DNA of 63,563 nt, filler included, from Octopus bimaculoides (taxonomy: Eukaryota), in NCBI RefSeq assembly GCF_001194135.2. It is 6 parts of 6 records of this genome, joined end to end, with 100 filler letters (N's around TTAATTAATTAA, not from the genome) between each part and the next. Parts side by side here need not be neighbours in the genome. Positions count along the whole stretch, not along the records: positions 1 to 11,638 come from NC_069002.1; positions 11,739 to 35,892 come from NC_068994.1; 4 more parts are not named here. One strand, written 5' to 3'. This document shows, piece after piece, positions 1-12,519 of this stretch. A program made the position numbers and the translations under genes. The notes under the pieces are model-generated. The model saw only the letters and a list, made by a program, of their open reading frames with translations, ran no database searches and was not told where the DNA came from. The number at the start of each line of letters is the position of its first letter. Positions within the stretch are counted from its first letter, which is position 1.

Positions 1-97
1 TATCACTCTGTCTATCTATCTATCTATCTATCTGTCAGTCCATCCGTCTGTATGTTTATGTCTGTCCGTCGGTGTATATATATATATATATATATAT

Positions 98-129
<32 letters not shown>

Positions 130-373
130 CTTTTATCTTTTACTTGTTTCTGTCATTAGACTGAGGCCATGCTGGAGTACTGTCTATATATATGTGTGTG
201 TGTGTATGTATGTATGTATGTATGCCATGCCTATCTATCCACTTCTCTACCAATATATCTATCAGTTTATTTCTCTGTCTCTCTCTCTCTCTCTCTCTTG
301 CAACTTTATTCTCTCATCTTTCACCCTCCCCTTCTACTACACCTCACTCAACTGTTGTTTACTCCCCCCTCTA

Positions 374-423
<50 letters not shown>

Positions 424-719
424 NNNNNNNNNNCTATTTTAGTGGGTGTGGCTCCGTGTGTGTGTGTGTGCGTGTGTGTCTCTACGCCTGTGTGTCTGTG
501 TGTCCGTGATGTGTCCGTGTGTCGCAATGTCAAAGTAACAATAAAAGTGAGCCAGTAGCAGGGGGTGAGGTGGTGGTCAGGTGGGGGGATAAGTGTGGGG
601 GGGGGGTTTCAGCAGCTGCCGTTACATGTGGAGTGTGTGGAGGGGGTGAGCTTAAACAATGGCACTGCTATATTGACAATCTACAGCGATGTTGGTATTG
701 GCGGTGGCGGTGGTGGTAT

Positions 720-1300
720 AGGTGATGCTGTTGATGGTGGTGGGCACGGGTGATGGTAGTGGTAGTGGTGAAGATGATGGTAATGATGGTTGCGGTGGCG
801 GTAGCGGTATTGGTGATAGTTGTGGTAGTGGCGGAGGTAGTTGTGTTTGTGCTGGTTGTGATAGTGGTCTTGGTGGTTGTGGTTGTGGTTGTGGTGGTGG
901 TGGTAGTAGTAGTAGCAGTGGTTGTGGCGGTTGTTGTTGTTGTGGTGGTGGTAGTAGTGGTGGTGGTGGTAGTAGTAGTGGTGGTGNNNNNNNNNNGCGG
1001 TTGTTGTTGTTGTGGTGGTGGTAGTAGTGGTGGTGGTGGTAGTAGTAGTGGTGGTGGTGGTAGTGGTGGTTGTGGTGGTTGTGGTAGTAGTAGTGGTGGT
1101 GGTGGTGGTGGTGGTTGTGGTGGTTGTGGTAGTGGTGGTTGTGGTGGTAATGGTGATGCGGTCTCGATAGTTGTAGTCCTGTGGTAGTAGAAGTGATGAT
1201 TGTGGTGTTGGAGATAGTAGTAGTGGTGGTTATGATAAATGATAGTTATGTTGGTGGAAGTAACGGTGATAGTTGTAGTGGTGATGGTTGTTGTGGGTGT
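720..1300. repeat. (GGT/AGT/TGT)n trinucleotide low-complexity tract
   Basis: Direct inspection. Confidence 0.95.
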
Positions 1301-1574
1301 AGTATGGTAATGGCCCGGTGGTGCTGATATAGTGCAGGTGATAGTGGTGTTGGTTGTAGTACTGGCGCTGAGTAATGGAAAAGTTGTAGAGTTTGTGTAG
1401 TAGTTGTGGTAATGGTATAATGATGGTGCTAGTATTGGTAGTAGTAGCTACAGTCTTGCTGAGAATGTATTGGCGGCTGCAATCTAATGGTATTTGGTCG
1501 AAGACGGTACAAAACACTCAAAGTACTTGTTTTGGAATCAAAGGTGTGTGTGTGTGGCGGGAAGTGCAGTATGT

Positions 1575-2110
1575 GGTGTATTTGTGGGAATGTGTATTTG
1601 TGGGAATGTGTATTTGTGGGAATGTGTATTTGTGGGAATGTGTAATTGTGGGAGTGCGGTGTGTTTGTGGGAGGGTGGCATAGTTGTGGTGAGTTGTGTA
1701 TTTCAGAAAATGTGGTGTGTTTGTGGGGAGCAGGGAGTGCTTGTGGGAGAATAGCGTATTCGTGGGAATGTTTTTTGTCTATGGGGTGTTGTGTAATTGT
1801 GGGAGAGTGGCATGTTTGTGGGAATGTGTTTGCGAGCAGTAGTGTGGTGTGTTTGTGGGAGGGCAGTGTAATTGTGAGAATGTGATGTGCTTATGGGAGT
1901 GTGACATGCCTGTGGGATAGTTGTGTATTTGTGGGAATGTGGAGTGTTTGTGATAGAATAGTGTATTTGTGGAAGAGTGGCGTGTTTGTGGGGATGTGCT
2001 GTGTGGGAGTTTGTATTTGTGGAAGGGTAGTGTAGTTGTGGGAATGTGGAGTGTTTGTGATAGAATAGTGTATTTGTGGAAGAGTGGCGTGTTTGTGGGA
2101 GGGTAGAGTG
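1575..2110. repeat. GTGGGA minisatellite (16-bp unit gtgtatttgtgggaat x4, then degenerate ~20-bp units)
   Basis: Direct inspection; a ~60-bp higher-order repeat at about 1930 and 2035. Confidence 0.9.
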
Positions 2111-2371
2111 TGTGATGAAGTATATCTATGATTATGAGTTCCTGTTAGATGTTGTATCTGTGGAATGTCTTTTGTGGGGTAGTGAATCTGTGGGACGACG
2201 CTTCCTCGTGGGTTGGACTGTATACCTTAGAAGAAATGATGCCTGGAATGTGAGATGAGATGATAATGTCGTATGGGGGATAGGAGGCGGCGCAAGGATC
2301 TGTAGTATGTAGGTAGAGTGGTTGTTTCTGTAATATAACACGATGGAGGCTGTGCTGCAGGAACTAATGGC

Positions 2372-2433
<62 letters not shown>

Positions 2434-2522
2434 CTATAATCTTGCTAAGAATGTAATGACGGTCACATGTAACGGTACTTCATTTGGAACCAAACGTGTG
2501 TGTGATCGTGCGTGCGCCTGCA

Positions 2523-2559
<37 letters not shown>

Positions 2560-2743
2560 GGCGGGAAATGCAGTGTGCTTGTGGGAGTGTCTTGTGCCGA
2601 TGGGACTGGTGTATTTATAGAAGTGCAGTGCATTTGTGAGTGAGTTAATTGACGTTGTGTTGATGTTTGTGTGTGATATTGTGGGGCCGTTGCTGTGCGT
2701 AATCTTGCAATGAAGTCGATCTGTGGTGTTGTAAGGTGATTAT

Positions 2744-2900
2744 TGTTAGTTTGTATATGATGTTGTGCGTACAGTGTTGTTCGTTATCTGCGATACTGTG
2801 AGTGCTATGTTGTTAGTTGTCTGTGATGTTGTGAGTGTGGTGTTGTTAGCTATCTGTGATATCGCGAAGTGGTTGTTGTTAGTCGCGTGTGGTGTTTACG
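2744..2900. repeat. Diverged ~33-bp minisatellite (tgttag...)
   Basis: 4-5 units each starting tgttag or tgttcg. Confidence 0.7.
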
Positions 2901-3280
2901 TTGATGGTTGTGTAAAGTATTGTGAGGTGGCTGTTGTTAGATGGTCATGTGTAATATGTAGCGAGGTGTAGATGGTTATATGAGATCTGTGGTGTTGTGT
3001 TGTTGGTTGTGAGGGGGTGTTGCGTTGTGCGTGCGATGTTGTTGTGTATACTGTTGTTAAGGTGTGTGGTATGTGATGTATGATGTCGTGTCGTTGGTGG
3101 TGTGTGATGTTGTGACAGCAGCCTTTCTAAAGGAGAATGTTAGGAGTGTATTGACAATGGCGGAGAAATATAGCATGAGAACTGGACGAGAGAGAGAGAG
3201 AGAGAGTAAGGAGGAGTGAGACTGAAAGAGAGGGAAGTCAGATGAGGGAAACGAAGGATGGAGGAAGGAGAATGCAGATG

Positions 3281-3440
3281 CGTGAAGGAAGGTGAAGCTG
3301 GACAAGGAAGTGTGAGGCTGAGTGAAAGAGAATAGTGCAGGATGAAGGAGAGTAAAGTTGGACGAAGATGGGAAAGGCTGGATGAAGGAGAGTAGGGCCA
3401 GACGAGGGAGAGTAAGGCTGGGCGAAGGTGGAGAAGGCTG
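3281..3440. repeat. 20-bp purine-rich minisatellite (gatgaaggagagtaaggctg-like)
   Basis: About 8 units with a 20-bp period. Confidence 0.8.
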
Positions 3441-3965
3441 AATGAGTTAGGGAAAGTAATTTGTTAGCGAGGAATTAATAATATATAGTGAAAAGGAAAA
3501 AGGAAAAAGAAAATAACAATGTGCTGGTGGCGGTGGCGGAGGGGGCAACTTATAAGAGTGTGCGAAGTGGGTGAGAGGAGATAATTTGAAGGAGTTGGAA
3601 CAGGAAGACAAANNNNNNNNNNNNNNNNNNNNNNNNNNNNNNNNNNNNNNNNNNNNNNNNNNNNNNNNNNNNNNNNNNNNNNNNNNNNNNNNNNNNNNNN
3701 NNNNNNNNNNNNNNNNNNNNNNNNNNNNNNNNNNNNNNNNNNNNNNNNNNNNNNNNNNNNNNNNNNNNNNNNNNNNNNNNNNNNNNNNNNNNNNNNNNNN
3801 NNNNNNNNNNNNNNNNNNNNNNNNNNNNNNNNNNNNNNNNNNNNNNNNNNNNNNNNNNNNNNNNNNNNNNNNNNNNNNNNNNNNNNNNNNNNNNNNNNNN
3901 NNNNNNNNNNNNNNNNNNNNNNNNNNNNNNNNNNNNNNNNNNNNNNNNNNNNNNNNNNNNNNNNN

Positions 3966-4024
<59 letters not shown>

Positions 4025-4417
4025 ATGGATGTGTGTATTATTAAAGACAAGAATCACGCCCCCATTTTAAGGATATTTTTTAATATGCAATTAATGAGAT
4101 ATTTACTACAGTTCTTTATGTTTGCAAACAATAGCTTTTCCAAAGTCCATCGACGTTTCAAGAATTCCCAAATATTTATCTGCAGGCTGAGTCTATTTAA
4201 ATAAATCACTGGTTTCTTGAGTGCGAGGCTAAAACAAATAAATTAATTTTTTCATCGACCTCGCTCCCAAAAATGCGCTATGCATGCAAATCATTAAATC
4301 CGAGTTACCGGGCTAATGATGTATTTATAAGCAGCCTCTTCACGTTCGGTTAAAGACACTGATGAACAGCTATTGTCTCTGTGTTGTTGTTTTAGATTTT
4401 TATATATGCAGACTCCA

Positions 4418-4716
4418 CAGCCTCTAGCAAAAGATTCTACAACCCTAGCAACAGATATTACAGCTCCTAGCAACAGATACCACAGCCCCTAGCAAAAGAA
4501 TGTGCAACTCCTAGCAACAGATACTACAGTCCCTAGCAACAGATATTGAAGCCTCTATCAACGGATAATACACCCCCTTACAACATAAACTAGAGCCCCT
4601 AACAACAAATATTATAGCCCCTAGCAACAGATACTACAGCCCCTAGCAACAGAAACTACTACCCCTAGCAATAGACAATACAGTCCCTAGCAACAAATAC
4701 TATAGCCGCTAGCAAC
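4418..4716. repeat. 22-bp minisatellite cagcccctagcaacagatacta, about 14 copies
   Basis: Direct inspection; no spacers. Confidence 0.95.
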
Positions 4717-5024
4717 ACAGCCAGAGTTGTCACCGTGCTACTAAAGATCAGAGTCATCACTCATCGCTTTATTCTATATTTAATAAATTTTAATCCTAGA
4801 GTTATCTCCCCCACCCTTCCTTTAATGACGATAATTAATCATTAGTGTTTCCTGTTCACTGCAGGTGTAACTTTTAATTAATCAAGGTTTCTATTTTGTT
4901 ACATTAAACATGTCAGCGTTCGCTCTAGTAATAACTGGACGATTCACACTGAAGATAACACCATTGAATGGATTGAAACGCAGACAAGACTGAAGAAATA
5001 TCTTGTAAAATAAATATTGGATTC

Positions 5025-5232
5025 GAATTTTGGCACAAGGCCAGCAGTTTTAGGGAAGACGGAAGTCCATTAAATCGACTCTATTGTTCAGCTGGTACTA
5101 TTTAACCGACTCCGAAAGAAATAAAAGTGAAGTCGGCCCCGGCGGAATTTGAATTCAGAATGTAAATATGGACGAAATGTCGCTAAGCATTTCGCCCAGA
5201 GTGTCCACAATTCTGCCAGCCCACCGATTTAA
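5025..5232 (-). mobile_element. SINE family A (tRNA head plus Meta-like core)
   Basis: Matches the core gaggtcgactttgcctttcatcc..ggggtcgat; B box gaattcaaattcc. Confidence 0.8.
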
Positions 5233-5267
5233 ATATAAAGTAAATATTACAAAATAACACAGTAAAT

Positions 5268-5640
5268 GGAAAATATGGTTACGTGCTTAAGAAACTTGCT
5301 TTGTAACTCCCATGGCTTCGTGTTCGGTCCCACTGTGCAGCATCTTGGGCGAGTGTTTTCTACTTTAGCGACCAACGCTTTCTGAGTGAATTTGTTAGAC
5401 GGAAATTGAGAGAAAACCCGTGCTGCATGTGTGTGCGTGTGTGAGGGTGTATTTGACACCATTCGACAACTGGTGTTGATTTGTTTACATCCCTGTAACC
5501 TAGCGATTCGGCAAAAGAAGCTGATACAATAAGTACAAGACTTTCAAATACATACTGGGGTCGATTTGTTCTGCTAAACTCTTGAAGGCGGTGCCCCAGC
5601 ATGGCCGCAGTCCAATGACTGAAACGAGTAAAAGATAAAA
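5268..5640 (+). mobile_element. SINE family B (tRNA head, CORE-like segment, internal microsatellite)
   Basis: Tail cagcatggccgcagtc..tgactgaaacgagtaaaaga. Confidence 0.8.
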
Positions 5641-5964
5641 GAGAATATTTACTCCAATCTAAAATGTTTGCCGGACTTTTTTTTTTAATCTTTTAGTCCG
5701 GACGGAAGGGAGTGTCCATGACTCTTTACAGAGATTCTGAGGGAAGAAGGTATCCTCAAAATAGAGACGAGGCCAGAATGCTTGCAACAGAGTGGACCCC
5801 ACTAAAGACATCCGGGGGTCACGGGTGGTGGTGTGAAAGTGTTCGACGGATTCAAACTACCACCTAAGAAGGCCATGACAGGATTTGAACACGGATTGTC
5901 AAAAGATAGAAGAGACACTGTATGAGACCCGATCCGGCGTTCTAACAGTCGGACGAGATGTCAT

Positions 5965-7470
5965 ACCTTCACCATTGATAACTGTTTCACTGCGAAACCA
6001 GGACCACCGATAGACCGGCACTAAATATCCAACGGCGGTCTTCAGTGAAGCTCTGGGTTTTATGAGGATATTGACTTGTCGTACTTCCATAAATGCTCCA
6101 AACGTGGCAGTCGAAAGGATTTAAATCTGGCGAGATTGCAGGCCACAAAGTTTGGTGTTATATAACCGTAAAGATTGTCTGACATCCATTCTTGAGTTAC
6201 GTCGGCTTCGTGAGAAGGTGCTAAGTTTTGTTGAAACATGTGTGGCTTTCCATCGCGTACTTCATCCATCCAGAGTTTAACAACTTTTTCCAGCGCCTCA
6301 GCATATCCAACAGCATTAATTCTAAAACCATGTGAAAATATATGAGGTTATGTGACATAACCTTAACCTTCGTTATTCATCACACCTAAAAGCATCACAG
6401 TTTAAGGAAACTTAGTGTGCATCGCATCAGAGGGATCACACATAACCAGCTGTCATTTCTCCGGTTAGACGTTTGGTCTTGGTCGAAGATTTTCTCATTG
6501 GAGAACAACCAAAGCATGCCATGCTCGCGAGGGTTTTTTAACCTTGTTAAGTAACAGTTTACTCTTTTACTTGTTTCAGTCATTTGACTGCGGCCATGCT
6601 GGAGCATCGCCTTTAGTCGAGCAAATCGACCCCAGGACTTATTCTTTGTAAGCCTAGTACTTATTCTGTCGGTCTCTTTTGCCGAACCGCTAAGTTATGG
6701 GGACGTAAACACACCAACATCGGTTGCCAAGTGATGTTGGGCGAGGGACAAACACAGACACACAAACACACATATACATATATACGGCGGGCTTCTTTCA
6801 GTTTCCGTCTACCAAATCCACTCATAAGACTTTGATGGACCCGAGGCTATAGCAGAAGACACTTGCCCAAGGTGCCACGCAGTAGGACTGAACTCGGAAC
6901 CATGTCGTTGGTAAGCAAGCTACTTACCACACAGCCACTCCTGCGCCTATGTTTGGAACGGAACAACCGATTTCCCTATGCTGTTGCAGACATGAACAGG
7001 CATCTCCTCTTAATATACAGCTAGTATTGAATGTCCTCACGCACTATAATCCTGCTAGTCCACTCCGACACCTGAAGTTCTTTGGAGATGACCCTCATTG
7101 ATTTTCTGGAATCATCATCGTTAATGTTTTGAACCTCTTGAATGAATTACAGCGCCCTTTTGGCATCCGAACGCTTAAAATGCTTTTTTAACTCTTTGAT
7201 GTTGATGAAATATTCCTACCCGGCGGCTTCCAATTCCATCCCAGCTTCGTATACCACCGATCTTGCAACATTTAGCAAGTTGGCAATTTCTAAATAGCCA
7301 TATATAGTACAGAGAGCAACAATGACTGTACGTCTTTTCATCATTCCTTGTGTTAGCATTATATCTGTCATGGGGGATTTGACAGAAATTATAACCTTTC
7401 AATAGGTTTGAACAGACTAATATCCTGATAATTAATTGTCCTCATCTACTCACATACCCTTTGTACTCTG
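5965..7470 (-). mobile_element. maT/Bmmar1-type (DD37D-like) Tc1/mariner relic interrupted by a SINE
   Basis: Fragments VSEWTSRIIVREDIQY, FRSKLLLNK, WLFSNEKIFDQDQTSNRRND, FQQNLAPSHEA, SLKTAV; TIR-like end cataccctttgtactctg-TA at 7470. Confidence 0.8.
6561..6950 (-). mobile_element. SINE family B, full length, inserted in the maT transposase with a 4-bp GTTT duplication
   Basis: Complete head to tail; gttt at 6557-6560 and 6951-6954. Confidence 0.9.
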
Positions 7471-7784
7471 TATATATATANNNNNNNNNNNNNNNNNNNN
7501 NNNNNNNNNNNNNNNNNNNNNNNNNNNNNNNNNNNNNNNNNNNNNNNNNNNNNNNNNNNNNNNNNNNNNNNNNNNNNNNNNNNNNNNNNNNNNNNNNNNN
7601 NNNNNNNNNNNNNNNNNNNNNNNNNNNNNNNNNNNNNNNNNNNNNNNNNNNNNNNNNNNNNNNNNNNNNNNNNNNNNNNNNNNNNNNNNNNNNNNNNNNN
7701 NNNNNNNNNNNNNNNNNNNNNNNNNNNNNNNNNNNNNNNNNNNNNNNNNNNNNNNNNNNNNNNNNNNNNNNNNNNNNNNNNNNG

Positions 7785-7980
7785 GTTTTGGGTAAAAGAA
7801 ATCACAGGAGGATCAGTTGACTATGATTTTATTCGACATTTTCCCGTTTCTGATTCACACACTTATTGCATCAGTCATTCAGTTTTTCTCAAGCCCTGTA
7901 GAAGAATTCGGAAGGTTGAGCCTCCGACCGGGCCTTTCGCGACTCCCTTAAAGCTAGGAACTTTTCAGCATCGCCTCGTA
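7785..7980 (-). mobile_element. Mariner-derived MITE, one end lost in the gap
   Basis: TIR-like gctaggaacttttcagcatcgcctcg-TA; internal remnant of a mariner C-terminus. Confidence 0.6.
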
Positions 7981-8257
7981 TGCACATATATATGTGACAG
8001 GGTGTATACATTTCACTGCATATGTGGGTGTGTATTTCATTTCATTTCAAAGTTTCAGCTCAGAGCTGCGGCCATGCTGATGCACCACCGTATCTATACA
8101 AGTGTTTTGTGTGCCATTGTGAATGTACATTTGTCACTGCGTAGAATGTTTGTGTGTGTGCGTACATCAGTACATTAGCGTGTGTGTGTGTGTTTGTGTG
8201 TGTGAGTATATATGTATGTATTTATATGTATTTGTGTGCCTGTGACTGGGCACCAAT

Positions 8258-8291
<34 letters not shown>

Positions 8292-8545
8292 GCGTGAATA
8301 AAATAAGCGTGCTTCTGTGGATGTCAGAATGGGAGAAGAAAGGGGATGAGACAGAAAGGGAGAGTAAGAGGCAGAAATAAAGGAGGGTGGGAGAGGCTGG
8401 AGAGAAGAAGGAGGGGGTAAATAGGGAGAGCCATGGAAGGAGAGGTGGGCGGAGTGTGTTTAAGATCTGAAGGAGTGTGAAGGCTAAAGAACAGCCATGA
8501 CGTTTGATAAAGGCGTATTTTTCTGATTCTCTGCTTGCCACCCTT

Positions 8546-8619
<74 letters not shown>

Positions 8620-8625
<6 letters not shown>

Positions 8626-9122
8626 CATTATCATCAAAACCGCTGCCACCCTCGACGCTTATCCGGGTCACGTGGACCGTCAGTAATGGGATGGCGGGTG
8701 CCAACACGGGTGCTGAATAAGTGTACACACGTATGCACACACACACACATATATACGTACGCTCACATGTATATATATGCACACACACACATACATATGT
8801 ACGTATGTGAGTGTACGCGTTTGTGTGTTCGCGTGTTTGTGGGGACAAAGAGAGAAGGAGTGAGAAAGAGAGAAGGAGTGAGAAAGAGAGGAGTGAGAAA
8901 GAGAGAAGGAGTGAGAAAGAGAGAAGGAGTGAGAAAGAGAGAGAGAGACAAAAGAAAGTAGATAGAGAGAGAGAGAGAGAAGAAGAAGAAGAAGAAGAAG
9001 AAGAAGAAGAAGAAGACGATGAGGAAAAGAAGAAGAAGAAATATTTGAAGAAGAGGAAGACGATGAGGAAAAGAAGAAGAAGAAGAAGACTGAAGGAAGA
9101 ATAAGAAGAAAAAGAAGACTGA

Positions 9123-9159
<37 letters not shown>

Positions 9160-9661
9160 AGAAGAAGAAGAAGATGAGGAAGAAGGATAGAAAGGAAGAC
9201 GAAGATTTAGAAGACAAAGAAGAAAATGAGGGGAAGAGAAAGAAAGGAAGGAAAAGGAAAGACAGAAAAGGAAGGAAGGAAGGAAGATGAAGTGAGGAAC
9301 GAGAGTAAAGGACGAAGAAAGGGGGGAAAAGACGACGAAAGAAAGAAAGAAAAACGGCGAGAAGAAGGAGAGACGAGCTGTGAAGACGAGGAGTGAAGAG
9401 AATGGAAGTTAGAAGGATGTTGAAGCCGGGGTTAGGAGAAGAAGAAGAAAGAGAATAATGGTTGGTTGTTGTGTCTCGGCGCGTGGAGGGCAGGCAGCTT
9501 GTCGTGAAGGCAGACGCGTGACCTAGCAGGGAGGGAGGGAGAGAGGGGGAGAGAGAGAGAGAGTGGGGAGACACAAAGGGTAAAAGAGAGAGAGGATATA
9601 GAGAGAGAGAGGGAGAGAGAGAGAGACTAAGAGACACACACACAGACATTGAGATGTAAGT
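8620..9661 (+). promoter_or_regulatory. Possible promoter and non-coding first exon ending at a GTAAGT donor (9656-9661)
   Basis: CpG-rich unique islands, a CACGTG E-box near 8667, a purine-rich leader and a canonical donor; no downstream exon identified. Confidence 0.25.
8848..9435. repeat. Purine tract: 18-bp gagagaaggagtgagaaa units followed by (GAA)n
   Basis: Direct inspection. Confidence 0.95.
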
Positions 9662-9794
9662 ATTGCTGTGCAGACGCTGTGCGCGGCGTGTGGGTATGTG
9701 TGCCTGTATATGTGCATATATATATACACACACACAAATATATATATATGCATATATGCTTATATTAATATATATACACACAAATATGTATGTA

Positions 9795-9918
9795 TGTATA
9801 TATATACATATTACTAGGCTTCCAAAGAATAAGTCCTGGGGTCGATTTCTTCGACTAAAGGCGGTGCTCCAGCATGGCCGCAGTCAAAAAGACTGAAACA
9901 AGTAAAAGTGTAAAAGTG
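9795..9918 (+). mobile_element. SINE family B 3' part
   Basis: aagaataagtcctggggtcgattt...cagcatggccgcagtc. Confidence 0.8.
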
Positions 9919-9930
9919 TANNNNNNNNNN

Positions 9931-9988
<58 letters not shown>

Positions 9989-10102
9989 GCACACAAATAT
10001 CTATATATATGCGTATACTAATATATACACACAAAATTTATGTATATATAACTTTATATATACACACACACACAAATATCTGTATATGTATATATGCTTA
10101 TA

Positions 10103-10156
<54 letters not shown>

Positions 10157-10172
10157 AATATGTATGTGTATG

Positions 10173-10218
<46 letters not shown>

Positions 10219-10622
10219 CGTAGGTATATCTGTATATATGTATGTGTGTACATATGTACATGAGGATATGCGTGTATGTATGTGTATATATATATAAGAT
10301 ATATAATGTATGTATATATTTACATATATATGTATTTATGTATATGCATGTGTGTGTGTGTGTGTGTGCTTATATGTTTATATGTATGTACGTGTGTGTG
10401 TATATACGTATCTGTGACGTCTGGTGTTGCTACTGCGGCTGCTGCTTGTATAGAGAACGTTTCTCGTAGAAAACCAGGTGAAAAGAAATGTGAGCACCCA
10501 CCTACACACCAACACACACACACACCACACACACACACACACATACGTAAACTTATGTGTGCATATATGAGTGTATGCACACGCGTGTGTGTATTTATGT
10601 ACGTCTATATTTATATAAGTGG

Positions 10623-10703
<81 letters not shown>

Positions 10704-11428
10704 TCTGTATATATCTCTGTATATATATATATGTATACATATATACACACGTAAATGTGTATGTGTATGCATGTATGCGTGCATGTGTATAAGTTTGTGT
10801 GTATGTATATATGCGTATATATATATATATGTATATATTTGAATACATATATGCACACATATATACACATCTGTGTCTTCTTGTGTATATGTATATATAT
10901 ATACATACATACATGCATACGTATATATATGTATATACATGTTCATACATATATACACACATATACATATACAAATATATATATCCACAAATATATATAC
11001 ATACATATATATGTGTGTGTGTGTGTGTGTGTATGCATGTATGTATGTATGTATGCATGTATGTATGTACACTCACGTACCGCGCCGGGCAAGCTTGGCA
11101 ATAGGCCCAGGGCAGTTGTAGACTCTTCGACAAGTTATCTATCAGATATTTCAGTTATCATCGCTAAATACGTATGATTTATGCTCGGTTACATGTATGC
11201 AAATAATGAAACATGCAGTGTGCGGTATTTGTGTGTGGTGTGGCGTGGTGTGGCGTGGTGTGTGTGGGTGCGTGGGTGCGTGTGTGTGTGTACTTGTACA
11301 TGTAGCCTCCACTCAATGTCCATGTAGATAAAAGGGAAATGAATGGAATGAAAGAATAAGAATAATTTCTGTATAAATTGCTTGACAATCTGCCGCTTCC
11401 ACATGTATTCTTTCCGTTTTGTTTAAAT

Positions 11429-11638
11429 CAGTGTTTCTCAACTAATTTTGTCTAAGGATTTGATCCCTATTTCACTCGGGTGAACCCTCTACGCAATTTG
11501 ATGTCTAAAAACCACCATTTTATTGTTATGGTTGAATATTTTTAGGAACTATATAAAAATTTGTTTTAAAATGTTTGTGCATTGTAGGAATATAACCAGT
11601 TTTATTGCACATAAATTCTAACAACAAAATCTTATATG
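11429..11638 (+). mobile_element. hAT-like MITE left end, truncated by a linker gap
   Basis: Starts CAGTGTTTCTCAAC, a typical hAT/Charlie-type MITE terminus. Confidence 0.45.
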
Positions 11639-11738
11639 NNNNNNNNNNNNNNNNNNNNNNNNNNNNNNNNNNNNNNNNNNNNTTAATTAATTAANNNNNN
11701 NNNNNNNNNNNNNNNNNNNNNNNNNNNNNNNNNNNNNN
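11639..11738. other. Artificial scaffold linker (44N-TTAATTAATTAA-44N)
   Basis: Identical 100-bp construct at five sites. Confidence 0.95.
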
Positions 11739-11794
11739 AAACAAAACATTTGTTTAGAAGCAGCTGATAATAATACAAAGAAATGAAGAATTAA

Positions 11795-12160
11795 TAAATC
11801 ACGAACCACATGGTTCTGGGTTCAGTCCCACTGCATGGCACCTTGGGCAAGTGTCTTCTACTATAGCCTTGTGAGTGGATTTGGTAGATGGAAAATGAAA
11901 GAAGCCCGTCGTATATATGTATATATATATATATGTGTGTATGTGCGTGTGTATGTTTGTGTGTCTGTGTTTGTTCCCCCAACATCGCTTGACAACGATG
12001 CTGGTGTGTTTAGGTTCCCGTAACTTAGTGGTTCGGCAAAACAGACCGATAGAATAAGTACTAGACTTACAAAGAATAAGTCCTGGGGTCGATTTGCTCG
12101 ACCAAAGGCGGTGCTCCAGCATGGCCACAGTCAAATGACTGAAACAAGTAAAAGAGTAAA
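11795..12160 (+). mobile_element. SINE family B copy
   Basis: B box gggttcagtccc; gcaccttgggcaagtgtctt; family tail. Confidence 0.85.
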
Positions 12161-12221
12161 TAAAAATATCCTTAGATTATTTCTGTGATATTTCTTCCAT
12201 GAAGATATAAATACTAACAGT

Positions 12222-12510
12222 GCCAGTGCCCCTGGACTGGCTCTTGTGCCAGTGGCACATAAAATACACCATTTTGTGCATGGCCGTTGCCAGTACCGCC
12301 TGACTGGCCTTCGTGCGGGTGACACGTAAAAGCACCCACTACACTCTCTGAGTGGTTGGCATTAGGAAGGGCATCCAGCTGTAGAAACTCTGCCAAATCA
12401 GATTGGAGCCTGGTGTAGCCATCTGGTTTCACCAGTCCTCAGTCAAAACGTCCAACCCATGCTAGCATGGAAAGCGGATGTTAAACGACGACGACGATGA
12501 TGATGATTAA
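12222..12510 (+). mobile_element. SINE family C (RTE-like tail ending in (GAT)n)
   Basis: aaaagcacccactacactc...ccaacccatgctagcatggaaagcggatgttaaac. Confidence 0.85.
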
Positions 12511-12519
12511 ACAAACGTT

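Noticed and set aside
4418-4716. 22-bp repeat array as a possible CRISPR
   Set aside because: Units are head-to-tail with no unique spacers, the context is eukaryotic and there are no cas genes.
4944-4990. CTGAAGA...GAAACGC hammerhead-like string
   Set aside because: Helix II is imperfect, and there is no helix I partner or NUH triplet; at most a remnant.
8324-11177. Long ORFs rich in IY/HT/CV/SL/E/S repeats (also 169-1187, 29695-30608, 41117-41539 and all X-filled ORFs)
   Set aside because: These are translations of microsatellites or N gaps with no domain signal.
11683-11694. TTAATTAATTAA as a biological motif or piggyBac site
   Set aside because: It is centred in identical 100-bp N linkers and is an assembly spacer.
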